NCBI GenBank assembly: GCA_902569735.1
Contig: CACFVE010000002.1
Location: 3,730-67,729 of the forward strand
Direction of reading: 5' to 3'
Source of the DNA: an uncultured Pelagibacteraceae bacterium
GTDB lineage: Bacteria > Pseudomonadota > Alphaproteobacteria > Pelagibacterales > Pelagibacteraceae
DNA length: 64,000 bases
Shown here piece after piece: positions 9,561-20,484 of the stretch. The notes under the pieces were generated by a model. It was not told where the DNA came from. It was given only the letters and a program-made list of their open reading frames with translations, and did no database searches. A program made the position numbers and the translations under genes. The stretch's first letter is position 1, and every line of letters starts with the position of its first letter.

Positions 9561-10811
9561 GTGAAAAAAAAATATTCAATTTTTACTCTTCTAAAAAATG
9601 CCTTTTCTAATAATGAAAATTGGCAAAAAATGTGGAAAAGCCCCGAACCTAAAAAATCCTATGATGTAATTGTTGTAGGAGGCGGAGGTCATGGATTAGG
9701 TACTGCTTATTATTTAGCTAAAGAACACGGGATAAAAAATATTGCTGTTATTGAAAAAGGTTGGATTGGCAGTGGAAATACTGGACGAAACACGACTATT
9801 ATAAGATCTAATTATCTCTGGAATGAAAGCGCTTTTCTTTATGACCATTCTGTAAAGCTATGGGAAAATTTATCTCAAGAATTAAATTATAATATGATGT
9901 TCAGTCAAAGAGGTGTGATGAATTTAGCTCACAATGAGCATGACATTAAAGAAATGAAAAGAAGAATAAGCGCTAATAGACTTAATGGTCTCGACACTCA
10001 ATGGTTAGAAACAAAAGATATCAAAAGATTAGTCCCTATAATGAATACTGATAATTTAAGATATCCAGTATTAGGTGCAGCTTTTCAACGAAGAGGAGGA
10101 GTAGCAAGACATGATGCTGTAGCATGGGGTTTTGCAATGAGAGCTGATGAAATGGGAGTAGACATAATTCAAAATTGTGAAGTTCATAGTATTAAAACAA
10201 AGAATGGTAAAGTAGAAGGAGTTAAAACTTCCAAAGGTTTCATAAGCGCTAAAAAGGTAGCTGTAGTAGCATCTGGTCATACAAGTGTATTAGCAAAAAC
10301 TGCAGGGGTAAGATTGCCATTACAAAGCCGGCCGTTACAAGCTTTAGTTTCTGAACCTATTAAACCTGTAATCAATACAGTGGTAATGTCTAATGCAGTT
10401 CACGCTTATGTCAGCCAATCGGATAAAGGAGAATTAGTTATTGGAGCTGGAACTGATGGCTATAATTCATTTACTCAAAGAGGTGGATACGATGTTATAG
10501 AAGAAACTGTTAGAGCTATTGTTGAATTATATCCAATATTTGGAAAAATGAAAATGCTACGTCAGTGGGGAGGTATAGTAGATATTTGTCCTGACGCTAG
10601 CCCAATAATAAGCAAGTGCGAAGTGAAAGGATTATATTTTAATTGTGGTTGGGGAACAGGCGGTTTTAAAGCAACACCTGGTAGCGCTAATGTTTTTGCA
10701 CATACAGTTGCTAACGATGAACCGCACAAAATAAATGCTGCTTTCAATTTAGAGAGATTTTCTGATGGTAGACTTATAGATGAACATGGAGCAGCAGCAG
10801 TAGCACACTAG
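9561..10811 (+). CDS. soxB: Sarcosine oxidase subunit beta
   Basis: [41 protein letters not shown] and C-terminal [13 protein letters not shown] 9561 is the likely start. Confidence 0.95.
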   Translation: MKKKYSIFTLLKNAFSNNENWQKMWKSPEPKKSYDVIVVGGGGHGLGTAYYLAKEHGIKNIAVIEKGWIGSGNTGRNTTIIRSNYLWNESAFLYDHSVKLWENLSQELNYNMMFSQRGVMNLAHNEHDIKEMKRRISANRLNGLDTQWLETKDIKRLVPIMNTDNLRYPVLGAAFQRRGGVARHDAVAWGFAMRADEMGVDIIQNCEVHSIKTKNGKVEGVKTSKGFISAKKVAVVASGHTSVLAKTAGVRLPLQSRPLQALVSEPIKPVINTVVMSNAVHAYVSQSDKGELVIGAGTDGYNSFTQRGGYDVIEETVRAIVELYPIFGKMKMLRQWGGIVDICPDASPIISKCEVKGLYFNCGWGTGGFKATPGSANVFAHTVANDEPHKINAAFNLERFSDGRLIDEHGAAAVAH

Positions 10812-10813
10812 AT

Positions 10814-11164
10814 ATGATTTTAATAAATTGTCCTTATTGCGGTGAAAGAGATCAATCAGAGTTTTCTAATGGAGGCGAAGCTCATGTAGCAAGACCAGAA
10901 AATTCTGAAAATCTTAATGATAAAGACTGGGGACAATATGTTTTTTATCGAGACAATCCTAAAGGAATTTTTTATGAACGATGGGTCCATTCTCATGGAT
11001 GTAGAAAATGGTTTAATGCTGTTAGAAATACGTCTACAGATGAAATATTAGCAATTTACAAATTAAATGAAAATCCACCTAGTAAAGAAAATTTTACAAA
11101 CACTTTAAAAACACCTTCAGGAGAACCAAAAGTTGGTTCTGGAAACTTTACGGTAAAAAAGTAG
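10814..11164 (+). CDS. soxD: Sarcosine oxidase subunit delta
   Basis: CPYCGER, WVHSHGCRKWFN zinc-binding motifs. Confidence 0.95.
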   Translation: MILINCPYCGERDQSEFSNGGEAHVARPENSENLNDKDWGQYVFYRDNPKGIFYERWVHSHGCRKWFNAVRNTSTDEILAIYKLNENPPSKENFTNTLKTPSGEPKVGSGNFTVKK

Positions 11165-11167
11165 ATT

Positions 11168-14152
11168 ATGAGTGCTGCAGATAACAAAAATTCTTCTTAT
11201 ATAACAGACAAAGAAGTTTCTTTTAAATTTGATGGAAAAAAATATATTGGTTATAAAGGAGACACGATTGCTTCAGCTTTATTGAGAAACAATGTCAGGT
11301 TAGTTGCCAGAAGCTTTAAATATCACAGACCTAGAGGTATCTACACATGTGGAATAGAAGAACCAAATGGAATAGTTCAAATTTTAAATGAACATAATGA
11401 ACCCAACACTAGAGCTACGGTAAAACAAATTTATGAAGGAATAAGAGTAAGTAGTCAAAATCGTTGGCCATCGCTTAATTTAGATATTGGTTCAATTAAT
11501 AACTTATTATCACCTATGTTTTCTGCAGGTTTTTATTACAAAACTTTCATGGGTCCAAAAGGTTTCTGGAAAAGAATTTATGAGCCAATAATTAGAAGAA
11601 CAGCTGGACTTGGTAAGCCCCCCAAGGAATTTAGATCTAAAAGCATTCATCAAAATCATAACGTTGATATTGTTATTATTGGCGGAGGTCTAAGTGGATT
11701 AATTACTGCAAGAAAATTGATCAATACTCAATATGATGTTTTGCTTTTAGAACAAGATAGTTTTCTAGGGGGTATACTAAAAAATTCAAAAAAAATAGAA
11801 AAAATTAACAACAAAGAACCAAATGAATGGATAAACGAAACAGAAAAACTTATTAAAGACTCAAAAAATATAAAAATATTAAAAAACTCACTAGTAACTT
11901 CCTACAATTTTACAAACCATTTAATTGCTTTAGAGGATAAAAGTGTAGGAAAAAAAATTGACATTAATAAATCCGAGTTAACTCTACATAAAATTAGAAC
12001 CACACACACTATTTTGGCTAATGGACATATTGAGCGATTTATTTCGTTTAGAAATAACGACTTGCCAGGAGTAATGTTAGCTGCATCTTTTGAAAAATAT
12101 ATACATCGATATGGAGTAGTACCGGAAACTAGTCCTGTCATTTTTACAAATAACTCAACAACAGCTTCGCTTTTAAGATCACTAATTGACCTTGGTCATA
12201 AACCAGCAGCTTATGTAGACTCAAGAAATAAAGACAAAATAGGAAGAAAACTTTTAAACTATTTAGAAAAAAACAACATTCCTTTTTATATTAATGCTGA
12301 AGTGGAAGGTTGCGATGGAAATAAAAAAATAAAGACCATATCAATTAAAAAATCTAATAAAATTATTAAAGTAAAATCTTCTATGCTTTGCATCTCTGGT
12401 GGAATTAATCCTGATATACATTTATTTACTCAATCAAAAGGCTTGGTTAAATGGGATGATAAACTTGTTACTTTTAAACCAGATGTTTCCTTTCAAAATA
12501 CTATAACTTTAGGATCTGTAAGCGGAAACTATAATTATGAAAAAACAGTTGAAGAAATTAATAACAAATTATCTTTTTTAAAAACGAAAAATATAAAATT
12601 GAAGATAGAACTAAACGATATCAGTAATTTTAATATAAAAGAGCTTTGGGAAACGAAGCACGAGAGAAAATCTAATTGGTCTAAATCTTTTATAGATTTA
12701 CACAATGATGTAACAACAAAAGATCTTAAACAAGCAGTTAGAGAAGGATTTGATCGCATCGAACATCTAAAACGGTTTACTACAAATAGTATGGGCACTG
12801 ATCAAGGAAAAATTAGTAGCATTAATTCTTTAGGGATAGTCTCAAAAATTTTAAAAAAGAAAATCTCAGAAGTAGGAACAACGACTTATAGACCTCCTTA
12901 TGCTCCTCTTAGCTTTTCAGCTATTGCTGGAAGAAACACTTATGAATTTTATGATCCTCAAAGAAAAACCCCTATTCATAATTGGCATATAGAAAACAAA
13001 GCAGTCTTTGAAGATGTAGGTCAGTGGAAAAGACCTTGGTATTTCAAAAAATTTGAAATGGAAAGTATGCATCTAGCTGTACAAAGAGAGTCTGAACAAA
13101 CGAGAAAAACTGCCGGTATCCTAGACGGAAGCACTCTTGGAAAAATAGAAATAAAAGGAAAAGACGCTTTGGAATTTATGAATCTTATGTACACAAATGC
13201 ATTTACTAAAATGAAACCAATGAGTTCAAGATATGCGCTTATGTTAGGCGAAGATGGAATGATAAAAGACGATGGTATTGTCTGCAAATTTAATGATAAA
13301 CATTTTATAGTAACGACTACTTCAGGGGGAGCTCCTAAAGTTTTAGCTGATATGGAAGAGTACCTTCAAACTGAGTGGCCACATCTACAAGTTTATGTGA
13401 ATTCAATTACTGAGCAATTTAGCACATTTAATATTAGTGGGCCAAAATCAAGAGACATAGTGAGCAAAGTATTTACTGATGTTGATTTTAGTAATGAGAA
13501 TTTTCCTTTTATGACTTTTAAAGTTTTTGATTACATGGATACAGAAGTTAGAGTCATGAGAGCTAGTTTTACGGGAGAACTTGGATATGAGATTTATATA
13601 ACTCCTAATAAAGCTTTGGAACTATGGAAAAAAATATTTCATTTTGGAAAAGCGTACGATCTTGTGCCTTATGGCACAGAAACAATGCATTTGTTAAGAG
13701 CCGAAAAAGGTTATGTAGTGATAGGTCAAGAGACTGATGGAACCGTAACACCTCTCGATTTAAATTTTAATTGGATGATAGGTAAAAAGAAAAAAGATTT
13801 TATTGGAAAAAGGTCTTTAACTAGAAGCGATACATCTCGAGATGATCGAAAACAATTAGTTGGAATTGTTCCAATAGATAAATCTGAATTTATCGAAGAA
13901 GGGCAACATGTTGTAGAATGTGAGAGATTGCCTAAACAAATAAGAACTCCAGTAGAATATCTTGGCCATGTTTCATCAAGCTACCATAGCCCTAATCTTA
14001 ACCACTGTATTGCGATGGCAATGATCAAAGGAGGCAACAAACTGATGGGTAGTAAATTATTTGTCTCTTCAACTTATGGAACTAAAAACATACCGGTCGA
14101 GGTTGTTAGTCCGGTTTTTATTGATCCAGAAAATAAAAGGTTAGTATCATGA
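11168..14152 (+). CDS. soxA: Sarcosine oxidase subunit alpha
   Basis: RSFKYHRPRG, EHLKRFTT.SMGTDQGK, TTYRPPY and a C-terminal GcvT-like folate domain. Confidence 0.95.
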   Translation: MSAADNKNSSYITDKEVSFKFDGKKYIGYKGDTIASALLRNNVRLVARSFKYHRPRGIYTCGIEEPNGIVQILNEHNEPNTRATVKQIYEGIRVSSQNRWPSLNLDIGSINNLLSPMFSAGFYYKTFMGPKGFWKRIYEPIIRRTAGLGKPPKEFRSKSIHQNHNVDIVIIGGGLSGLITARKLINTQYDVLLLEQDSFLGGILKNSKKIEKINNKEPNEWINETEKLIKDSKNIKILKNSLVTSYNFTNHLIALEDKSVGKKIDINKSELTLHKIRTTHTILANGHIERFISFRNNDLPGVMLAASFEKYIHRYGVVPETSPVIFTNNSTTASLLRSLIDLGHKPAAYVDSRNKDKIGRKLLNYLEKNNIPFYINAEVEGCDGNKKIKTISIKKSNKIIKVKSSMLCISGGINPDIHLFTQSKGLVKWDDKLVTFKPDVSFQNTITLGSVSGNYNYEKTVEEINNKLSFLKTKNIKLKIELNDISNFNIKELWETKHERKSNWSKSFIDLHNDVTTKDLKQAVREGFDRIEHLKRFTTNSMGTDQGKISSINSLGIVSKILKKKISEVGTTTYRPPYAPLSFSAIAGRNTYEFYDPQRKTPIHNWHIENKAVFEDVGQWKRPWYFKKFEMESMHLAVQRESEQTRKTAGILDGSTLGKIEIKGKDALEFMNLMYTNAFTKMKPMSSRYALMLGEDGMIKDDGIVCKFNDKHFIVTTTSGGAPKVLADMEEYLQTEWPHLQVYVNSITEQFSTFNISGPKSRDIVSKVFTDVDFSNENFPFMTFKVFDYMDTEVRVMRASFTGELGYEIYITPNKALELWKKIFHFGKAYDLVPYGTETMHLLRAEKGYVVIGQETDGTVTPLDLNFNWMIGKKKKDFIGKRSLTRSDTSRDDRKQLVGIVPIDKSEFIEEGQHVVECERLPKQIRTPVEYLGHVSSSYHSPNLNHCIAMAMIKGGNKLMGSKLFVSSTYGTKNIPVEVVSPVFIDPENKRLVS

Positions 14153-14670
14153 CACAACTATTATCATCCCAGGGTGTAGATATTTCTCAAAGAAATTTTC
14201 AACAGATCATTATTAGGGGGGAAGGGAAAGAACAATTTAATCAAATAATAAATCAGGAAATATCTAAATTTCCTCCATCTAATAATCTTGAAGTCACAAC
14301 AAATGATAAATTTTTATTTGCAAAAAATTCCTTTGACCAGTGGAGTTTAATTTATCTAGTAGAACAGGATTATAAAGAAATCTTGAAGTTTATTTCTAAA
14401 ATTAATTTAAATGATGAAATTCTTGCCTCAGATTATTCTTATGGCCAAGTTTACTTTGAAATTTCTGGAAAAAATAAAAATGAATTTTTAAATCAATTAA
14501 CTCATTTTGATTTGCGTTTAAAAAAATTTCCAGCTTTTACAATGGCTCAAACTTTGATAGCTAAAATAGATTGCACCATATATAATTTGAAAGACAAATA
14601 TATTGTAACCTGCAATAAGTCATACGAGGATTATTTTAAAGAAAGGTTAAAGGATTCAATTAAATTGTAA
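14149..14670 (+). CDS. soxG: Sarcosine oxidase subunit gamma (divergent)
   Basis: Position after soxA; D.SYGQ..FEISG...L.QLTHFDLR...F....AQT motif. Confidence 0.8.
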   Translation: MTQLLSSQGVDISQRNFQQIIIRGEGKEQFNQIINQEISKFPPSNNLEVTTNDKFLFAKNSFDQWSLIYLVEQDYKEILKFISKINLNDEILASDYSYGQVYFEISGKNKNEFLNQLTHFDLRLKKFPAFTMAQTLIAKIDCTIYNLKDKYIVTCNKSYEDYFKERLKDSIKL

Positions 14671-14671
14671 A

Positions 14672-15580
14672 TTATTTTTTTTTCACCCAAACATATCGTG
14701 ATGATAAAGGCTGTTTAGTATTAAAGGCATAAAAGATTATTGCAGTTGTTATAATTCCTCCACCAATTAATGTATTTGCTGTTGGAACTTCATTAATTCC
14801 AAATATTGGCAACCAAACCCAGAAAATTCCGCCCAAGACCTCTGTCAGCGAAAGAAGAGTTAAATCTGTAGCTGGTAAATCTTTTGATTTTATAGAAAAT
14901 AAGATAAGCCCGGAACAAACCAGAAATCCATGTAAAGCAGAGAGAGACGAGTTTTTAATTGAAATAAAAATATTATCGTCATTAAATATAAGAACTAAGA
15001 TTGCAACCGCTGCACAGAAAATACCCGCTATAGCTACTGTAGTAAATTTTGGAGTTTTTCTTCTCCACCTAAGTGAAACAGTAAACCCTGCAAATCCTAA
15101 AGATGACAACAAACCATTGATCAAACCAAACAAAGAACCTTCTCCCTTGCTATCTAAAGACATAAATATTATACCTCCAGCAGCTACTACTATTGCTATA
15201 AAAGTTGTCATTGAAATTTTTTCTTTCAAAAAAACGTATGCTAAAATTGCAGCTACAAATGGTTGAGTTGCTAGCATCATCATAGTCACTGCTGCAGTAG
15301 TAGTTGTTATAGAAAGAATAAAAGATATATTAGCAATACCAAGACTTACTCCACCAATTAATCCAGATAAACCAATCTTATTATAATTTTTTGTAAACTT
15401 AAGACCTTCAGCTAAAAACAAATATATATTTAAGACTAAAAAAATTATTGAACCTCTAAAAAAAAGATATTGCCAAGGAATTAATTCTGCATCATCTATA
15501 TATCTTACAACTAAAGGCCCGAAGGACCAAAATAGTCCTGCAATTAAAACAATTAGTATGGCTGAACTATTTTTTATCAT
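14672..15580 (-). CDS. DMT/EamA family transporter
   Basis: Multi-TM protein with PFVAAILAYVFLKEKI. ATG 15580 is the likely start. Confidence 0.85.
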   Translation of the reverse strand: MIKNSSAILIVLIAGLFWSFGPLVVRYIDDAELIPWQYLFFRGSIIFLVLNIYLFLAEGLKFTKNYNKIGLSGLIGGVSLGIANISFILSITTTTAAVTMMMLATQPFVAAILAYVFLKEKISMTTFIAIVVAAGGIIFMSLDSKGEGSLFGLINGLLSSLGFAGFTVSLRWRRKTPKFTTVAIAGIFCAAVAILVLIFNDDNIFISIKNSSLSALHGFLVCSGLILFSIKSKDLPATDLTLLSLTEVLGGIFWVWLPIFGINEVPTANTLIGGGIITTAIIFYAFNTKQPLSSRYVWVKKK

Positions 15581-16889
15581 TTGAAGTATTTGATAAATCC
15601 ACTCCTGTATCTGGATCAAGCTCGATACCTAGTGGAGTGATATCTTTTGGTAGAGGTGTAAATGTTGACTCTGGATTGTCTTCATATTTTCTTTTGTTCA
15701 TTCTAAAGACACCAAAGATAGTAATTACAGTGAAAAAAATAAGTAAATGAATAAAAAATCCATTTGGTCCAAAAATACTCATTAAAACTGAACACATAAT
15801 GGGTCCTGCTATAGCCCCTAAACCAAAAATAATGTTTAAACCAGCTCCAGCTGCAACAAACTTTTCTTTGGGAATATAATCGTTTACAAGAGCAAGATTT
15901 AAAGCAAATAATGGAAGTGTCATCCCAGACAAAAGAATTATAAAAATAAATAATTTTGTTTTATCCATGCTCGTATCTGTTGAAAAATAATTAAATCTGA
16001 ACATTTCTTCTACAAAAAGATTTTCAAAAGAAATTCCAGATGCCATTATAGAAAGAACAGCAAAAATAGATGATGCTATACAACATCCAATAATTATTAT
16101 TCTTCTATCATAATTATCTGATAAAGATCCTATTGGCCATTGAAAAAGTGCGCCTGCTAAAGTTACAGAAAATAACAGTATAGAAACTTCTAATACTGAT
16201 AAGTTCATCGATACAGCATAAACTGATAACATGGTGAACATAGCTGAGAAAATGAACCCTGAACAAAAAGTAGAAAAACTTCCGAAAGGAGAAATTTTAA
16301 AAAGCTCCTTAATCTTTATGGAACTAGTCTTTTTAAATGTAGGGGGCTTTCTTTTTGTAAGAAGTATTGGAATTAAAGCTATAGAAAATAATAGTGAAAT
16401 CAATATAAAAGGTTCATAGTTTTTAGGACTACTTACGTTTAACAATAGGTTTCCCAAAGCGAATGCAAAAAAAGTTACAAACATATATAATGATAAAACT
16501 TTACCTCTTGTTTTATTAGTTGCTCTATCATTTAACCAACTTTCAACAATTATAAGAATTCCAATCATACTAAAGCCTGTTAAAAATCTAGCTAAAGTCC
16601 AAACGATAGGATCTACAAACACAACATGAACTAATGAGCTAAGCGAAGCCATTGAGGCAAAAGCTGCAAATACTCTAATATGACCCACCTTGCTAACAAG
16701 ATTTGGAATAATATTTGCACCTATGAAATATCCAATAAAATAACCAGACATCATTGTACCTGTGGCGATAAAATTAAAATTTTCTAATACAGCTCTAATT
16801 CCTAAAAGGTTTCCTTGAAAACCATGAGAAATCATAATCACTGCAAAGCCAGTAAAGAGAGCCCAAGAATTTTTAATAATTTTATACAT
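15567..16889 (-). CDS. MFS transporter (YcaD-like)
   Basis: VGHIRVFAAF, IVESWLN and QWPIGSLSDNYDRR motifs. Confidence 0.9.
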   Translation of the reverse strand: MYKIIKNSWALFTGFAVIMISHGFQGNLLGIRAVLENFNFIATGTMMSGYFIGYFIGANIIPNLVSKVGHIRVFAAFASMASLSSLVHVVFVDPIVWTLARFLTGFSMIGILIIVESWLNDRATNKTRGKVLSLYMFVTFFAFALGNLLLNVSSPKNYEPFILISLLFSIALIPILLTKRKPPTFKKTSSIKIKELFKISPFGSFSTFCSGFIFSAMFTMLSVYAVSMNLSVLEVSILLFSVTLAGALFQWPIGSLSDNYDRRIIIIGCCIASSIFAVLSIMASGISFENLFVEEMFRFNYFSTDTSMDKTKLFIFIILLSGMTLPLFALNLALVNDYIPKEKFVAAGAGLNIIFGLGAIAGPIMCSVLMSIFGPNGFFIHLLIFFTVITIFGVFRMNKRKYEDNPESTFTPLPKDITPLGIELDPDTGVDLSNTSNDKK

Positions 16890-16935
16890 GGTGGAAAGCC
16901 ATTATGCTTTCTCACAGACAAAAGCAATAGTCTTT

Positions 16936-18543
16936 TTACATGTTACCGTATTTAGGTCCGCCTCCACCTTCGGGGGCAACCCAAGTGATATTTTGAGAGG
17001 GTTCTTTGATATCACAGGTCTTACAGTGGATACAATTTTGTGAATTAATAACAAACTTCTCCTGTTGAACTTCATATACACCTACTGGACAATACTTTTG
17101 AGCGGGTTCGTCGTACTCTTTTAAAGTGTAATTTATCGGTAGATTAGGATCTTTTAACCTTAAATGGACAGGTTGGTTTTCAGTATGATTAGTTCCTGTC
17201 AAATAAACAGAGCTAGTTTTGTCGAATGTTAGTTTGCCATCTGGTTTAGGATATTCAATTTTAGGCATCTGACTTGCTGGTTTTAAGGCTTCATGATCTG
17301 CATGTTTATGTTTTAAAGTGAAAGGAAGTTTTCCTCTAAATAAGATTTGATCGATCCCTGTAAAAATAATGCCTAATATTAAACCCCAACCGAAACTGGG
17401 TTTGACGTTTCTTGCAGCATGAAGCTCTTTGTAAACCCAACTTTCTTTAAATTTTTTCTCATAAATTGATAGATCTGCTTTGTTTTTAATACTCTCAACA
17501 ATAGTTTCTGCTGCAATAATTCCACTCTTCATAGCAGTGTGAGAGCCTTTAATTTTTGGCATATTTAAAGTTCCTGCATCACAACCTATTAACAATCCCC
17601 CAGGCATATACATTTTAGGCAAACTTTGAATTCCGCCTTCAATTAAAGCTCTTGCACCAAAAGAAATTCTTTTGCCACCTTCAAACATTTTTCTAATTGA
17701 TGGATGTGTTTTAAATCTTTGAAATTCATCAAAAGGTGAAAGGTGTGGATTTTGATAGTCCAAACCAATTACATATCCTAGATAAATTTGTTTTTTTTCA
17801 GCATGATATATAAAACTTCCACCATATGTTTTGTTATCAAGCGGCCATCCCGCGGTATGCATTACTAAGCCTTCTTGGTGTTGTTGTTCGCTTACTTCCC
17901 AAATTTCTTTAAGTCCAATTCCATATTGCTGAGGGTTTTTACCTTCATCTAGATTAAATTTTTTAATTAATTGTTTACCTAAATGACCTCTACATCCCTC
18001 TGAGAAAACTGTTACTTTTGCGTGTAATTCCATTCCCTCCTGGTAAGTATCTTTTTTGTTACCCTCTTTATCTAAACCCATATCTAGAGTAGCTACACCT
18101 TTAATAGATCCATCTTCATTATAAAGAACTTCACTAGCAGGAAACCCAGGAAATATTTCAACACCTAGTTTTTCAGCCTGTTCCGCCAACCAACGACAAA
18201 GATTAGCAAGACTAACGATATAATTTTTGTGATTTTTTTGTACTGCCGGCAAAAGCCATGTCGGCCAACTTAAAGAAGAGTTTCTTCCTAAAAATAAGAA
18301 TTTTTCTTTAGAAACTTTTGTTTTTACTGGTGCTCCTTCATTTTTCCAATTAGGTATTAGTTCATCAAGAGCTTTTGTTTCAAATACATTGCCACTTAAA
18401 ATATGAGCTCCAACTTCTGATCCTTTTTCAAGAATACATACATTTAAATTAGGATCGAGTTGTTTAAGTTTAATAGCAGTTGATAATCCGGCAGGACCTG
18501 CACCAACAATAACTACATCATATTCCATTGCTTCTCTAGACAT
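16936..18543 (-). CDS. Electron transfer flavoprotein-ubiquinone oxidoreductase
   Basis: MSREAMEYDVVIVGAGPAGL, EVGAHILSG, KIKGSHTAMKSG, CP.GVYE and NCIHCKTCDIK. True start is about 18543. Confidence 0.95.
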   Translation of the reverse strand: MSREAMEYDVVIVGAGPAGLSTAIKLKQLDPNLNVCILEKGSEVGAHILSGNVFETKALDELIPNWKNEGAPVKTKVSKEKFLFLGRNSSLSWPTWLLPAVQKNHKNYIVSLANLCRWLAEQAEKLGVEIFPGFPASEVLYNEDGSIKGVATLDMGLDKEGNKKDTYQEGMELHAKVTVFSEGCRGHLGKQLIKKFNLDEGKNPQQYGIGLKEIWEVSEQQHQEGLVMHTAGWPLDNKTYGGSFIYHAEKKQIYLGYVIGLDYQNPHLSPFDEFQRFKTHPSIRKMFEGGKRISFGARALIEGGIQSLPKMYMPGGLLIGCDAGTLNMPKIKGSHTAMKSGIIAAETIVESIKNKADLSIYEKKFKESWVYKELHAARNVKPSFGWGLILGIIFTGIDQILFRGKLPFTLKHKHADHEALKPASQMPKIEYPKPDGKLTFDKTSSVYLTGTNHTENQPVHLRLKDPNLPINYTLKEYDEPAQKYCPVGVYEVQQEKFVINSQNCIHCKTCDIKEPSQNITWVAPEGGGGPKYGNM

Positions 18544-18572
18544 ACCAAAACTTATATCATAAAATTTTATAT

Positions 18573-18908
18573 ATGAAAAAAATTCTAGTTTTATTTCCAA
18601 TACTTTTTTTAATGGGATGTGCTGATTATCTTGCAGAAAGGGACAGACAAAGATTAGAGCGTGAAAGAATGTCACAAGAACTTCAGATGAAAAACGATAA
18701 AAAAACTTGTGAATATTATGGTTTTAAAAAAGGTACAGCGCAATTTTCTAACTGTTTAATGCAAATAGATATCGCTAGAAAAGATAATATTAGAACTAGA
18801 AAAATGTTAGAATGTGAAGCAGTTAGAAGAGATAATGCCAATAGTGGTGTAACAGGCTTTTGGGGTGGAGTACTAATGGGAGCTAGAGAAAATTTAGCTT
18901 GTGATTAA
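18573..18908 (+). CDS. Hypothetical small lipoprotein
   Basis: Lipobox FLMGC; C-x-x-YGF-x-x-GT-x-x-F-x-x-C motif; Gly-rich hydrophobic C-terminus. Confidence 0.8.
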   Translation: MKKILVLFPILFLMGCADYLAERDRQRLERERMSQELQMKNDKKTCEYYGFKKGTAQFSNCLMQIDIARKDNIRTRKMLECEAVRRDNANSGVTGFWGGVLMGARENLACD

Positions 18909-19738
18909 TGAGAAAAATTTTAGTAATTATAGTTTTAAGCTTATGCTTGATAACCCCATCTCAGGCAGTAAATATAAAAGACTTTAGTATCGCAGGAATT
19001 ACTATAGGTGATAGTATTCTAAATCATTTTAAAAAAAGTGATATTAAAAATAATATTCACAATGAAGTTCAAACAGAAAATAATAATTTAGTTAACACTG
19101 AATTTTTTGCCTATGAATTTATATCAAAAATTAAGAATTACGACTCCATATCTATTTTATATGACAAGAGTTCATATAAAATTAAACAAATTACTGGAAA
19201 CTTATATCTTTATAAAACAAAAAAAGGTGAGAAAATTAAAGCTTGCCCCAGATATTCATCTTTACAACTTGAATTAAATAAAATGTTTGCAGAGGAAGGT
19301 ATAAAAAGTTTTAAATATAAATTTTTATTAGAAGAAGAGTTCACAGACACCGACGAAATATTTCAAAAAGAAAATATGACAAAATTTTTACCAAATTTTT
19401 TGTTAGACAAGAATGGCAAGCCTAGATTAGATAATCTAGGCAAAAAAATCCCAACTAGGTATATGCATAATAATATGAATGATTATGAATTAGTAACCAA
19501 TGGCAGTATTTATTTTCATGTTAGAGATGCCTACCGCATAAAGTCTATAGAAAAAAGAAAAAAAATGGATCAAGTATTAGCAAGTTCATTCATGCCTAAA
19601 CCCAAAGGCGTGAAATGGCTGAATGACACAATTATTTTAAATTCAAGATGGTATTCTTATTCTATAAAAAAAAAAAGATATCCTCCCCCTCATTTATGTC
19701 ATCAATCTTTAACAATAGTTGGTAATCTGTTTGAGTGA
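18908..19738 (+). CDS. Secreted hypothetical protein, conserved-leader (DDIRDF-type) family, copy 1
   Basis: Signal peptide followed by NIKDFSIAGITIGDSIL, homologous to DIRDFEIEGMSIGDSLL. Confidence 0.8.
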   Translation: MRKILVIIVLSLCLITPSQAVNIKDFSIAGITIGDSILNHFKKSDIKNNIHNEVQTENNNLVNTEFFAYEFISKIKNYDSISILYDKSSYKIKQITGNLYLYKTKKGEKIKACPRYSSLQLELNKMFAEEGIKSFKYKFLLEEEFTDTDEIFQKENMTKFLPNFLLDKNGKPRLDNLGKKIPTRYMHNNMNDYELVTNGSIYFHVRDAYRIKSIEKRKKMDQVLASSFMPKPKGVKWLNDTIILNSRWYSYSIKKKRYPPPHLCHQSLTIVGNLFE

Positions 19739-19739
19739 T

Positions 19740-19863
19740 ATGAGAAAAATTTTAGTAATTGTATTTTTAAACTTATTTATCTTTAATCCATCTAAGGGAG
19801 ATGATATCAGAGACTTTGAGATCGAAGGGATGAGCATCGGGGACAGCTTGTTAGATTACTTTA
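19740..19863 (+). repeat. 124-nt direct repeat, copy A
   Basis: Hand alignment to 20361-20484 gives 4 mismatches in 124 nt, with a 94-nt identical core. Confidence 0.93.
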
Positions 19864-20357
19864 CTAAAAATGAAATCCAAAAAGAAATGAATACTGAATT
19901 TGCATATGAATATCCAGGAAACAAATTTATTAAGGTTGGCGTTGGTTCTGGTGAGTCTTTTATTCTTATGAAAGAACTTGATCAGTATGAGGACTTACAA
20001 ATTGCCATAAAGAAAAATGATAAAACATATAAAATTTACAGTATTCAAGGAAGAATATTCTGCAAGAATGATATACAAGAATGTTTTTCTAAACAAAAAG
20101 ATATTGTTTTAGAACTAAAAGAATTTTTCGGAAATGCTGCGAAATTTAATAAGTGGGATCAATGGCATACCGCCGATAAGTCCAAAGATAGCCATGTTTA
20201 TGCAAATGAATTTATATTTAAAAATCAAAGCAAAGTTGGTGTTCATATTTATGATTGGTCAAATAGAATAAATAAAGAAAAAAAATGGCATGATCATATT
20301 AGTGTAGCTATTTTATCAAAAGAATATTCGTCTTTTTTAAAAAATTTAAAATACTAA
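19740..20357 (+). CDS. Secreted hypothetical protein, conserved-leader family, copy 2
   Basis: ATG 19740; MRKILVIVFLNLFIFNPSKGDDIRDFEIEGMSIGDSLLDYF. Confidence 0.82.
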   Translation: MRKILVIVFLNLFIFNPSKGDDIRDFEIEGMSIGDSLLDYFTKNEIQKEMNTEFAYEYPGNKFIKVGVGSGESFILMKELDQYEDLQIAIKKNDKTYKIYSIQGRIFCKNDIQECFSKQKDIVLELKEFFGNAAKFNKWDQWHTADKSKDSHVYANEFIFKNQSKVGVHIYDWSNRINKEKKWHDHISVAILSKEYSSFLKNLKY

Positions 20358-20360
20358 ATA

Positions 20361-20484
20361 ATGAAAAAATTTTTAGTAATTGTATTTTTAAACTTATTTA
20401 TCTTTAATCCATCTAAGGGAGATGATATCAGAGACTTTGAGATCGAAGGGATGAGCATCGGGGATAGCTTGTTAGATTATTTTA
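20361..20484 (+). repeat. 124-nt direct repeat, copy B
   Basis: See copy A. Confidence 0.93.

Noticed and set aside
18544-18675. N-terminal extension of ETF-QO
   Set aside because: It overlaps a convincing lipoprotein gene on the opposite strand; the family N-terminus begins at MSREAMEYDV (18543).
19666-19676. A11 homopolymer as a phase-variation switch
   Set aside because: The ORF is intact, the run lies near the 3' end, and long A/T runs are common throughout this AT-rich window.
19740-20484. Near-identical repeat pair as a diversity-generating retroelement TR/VR
   Set aside because: The mismatches (G/A, A/T, C/T, C/T) are not adenine-specific, the repeat is at the 5' end of both genes, and no reverse transcriptase is in the window.
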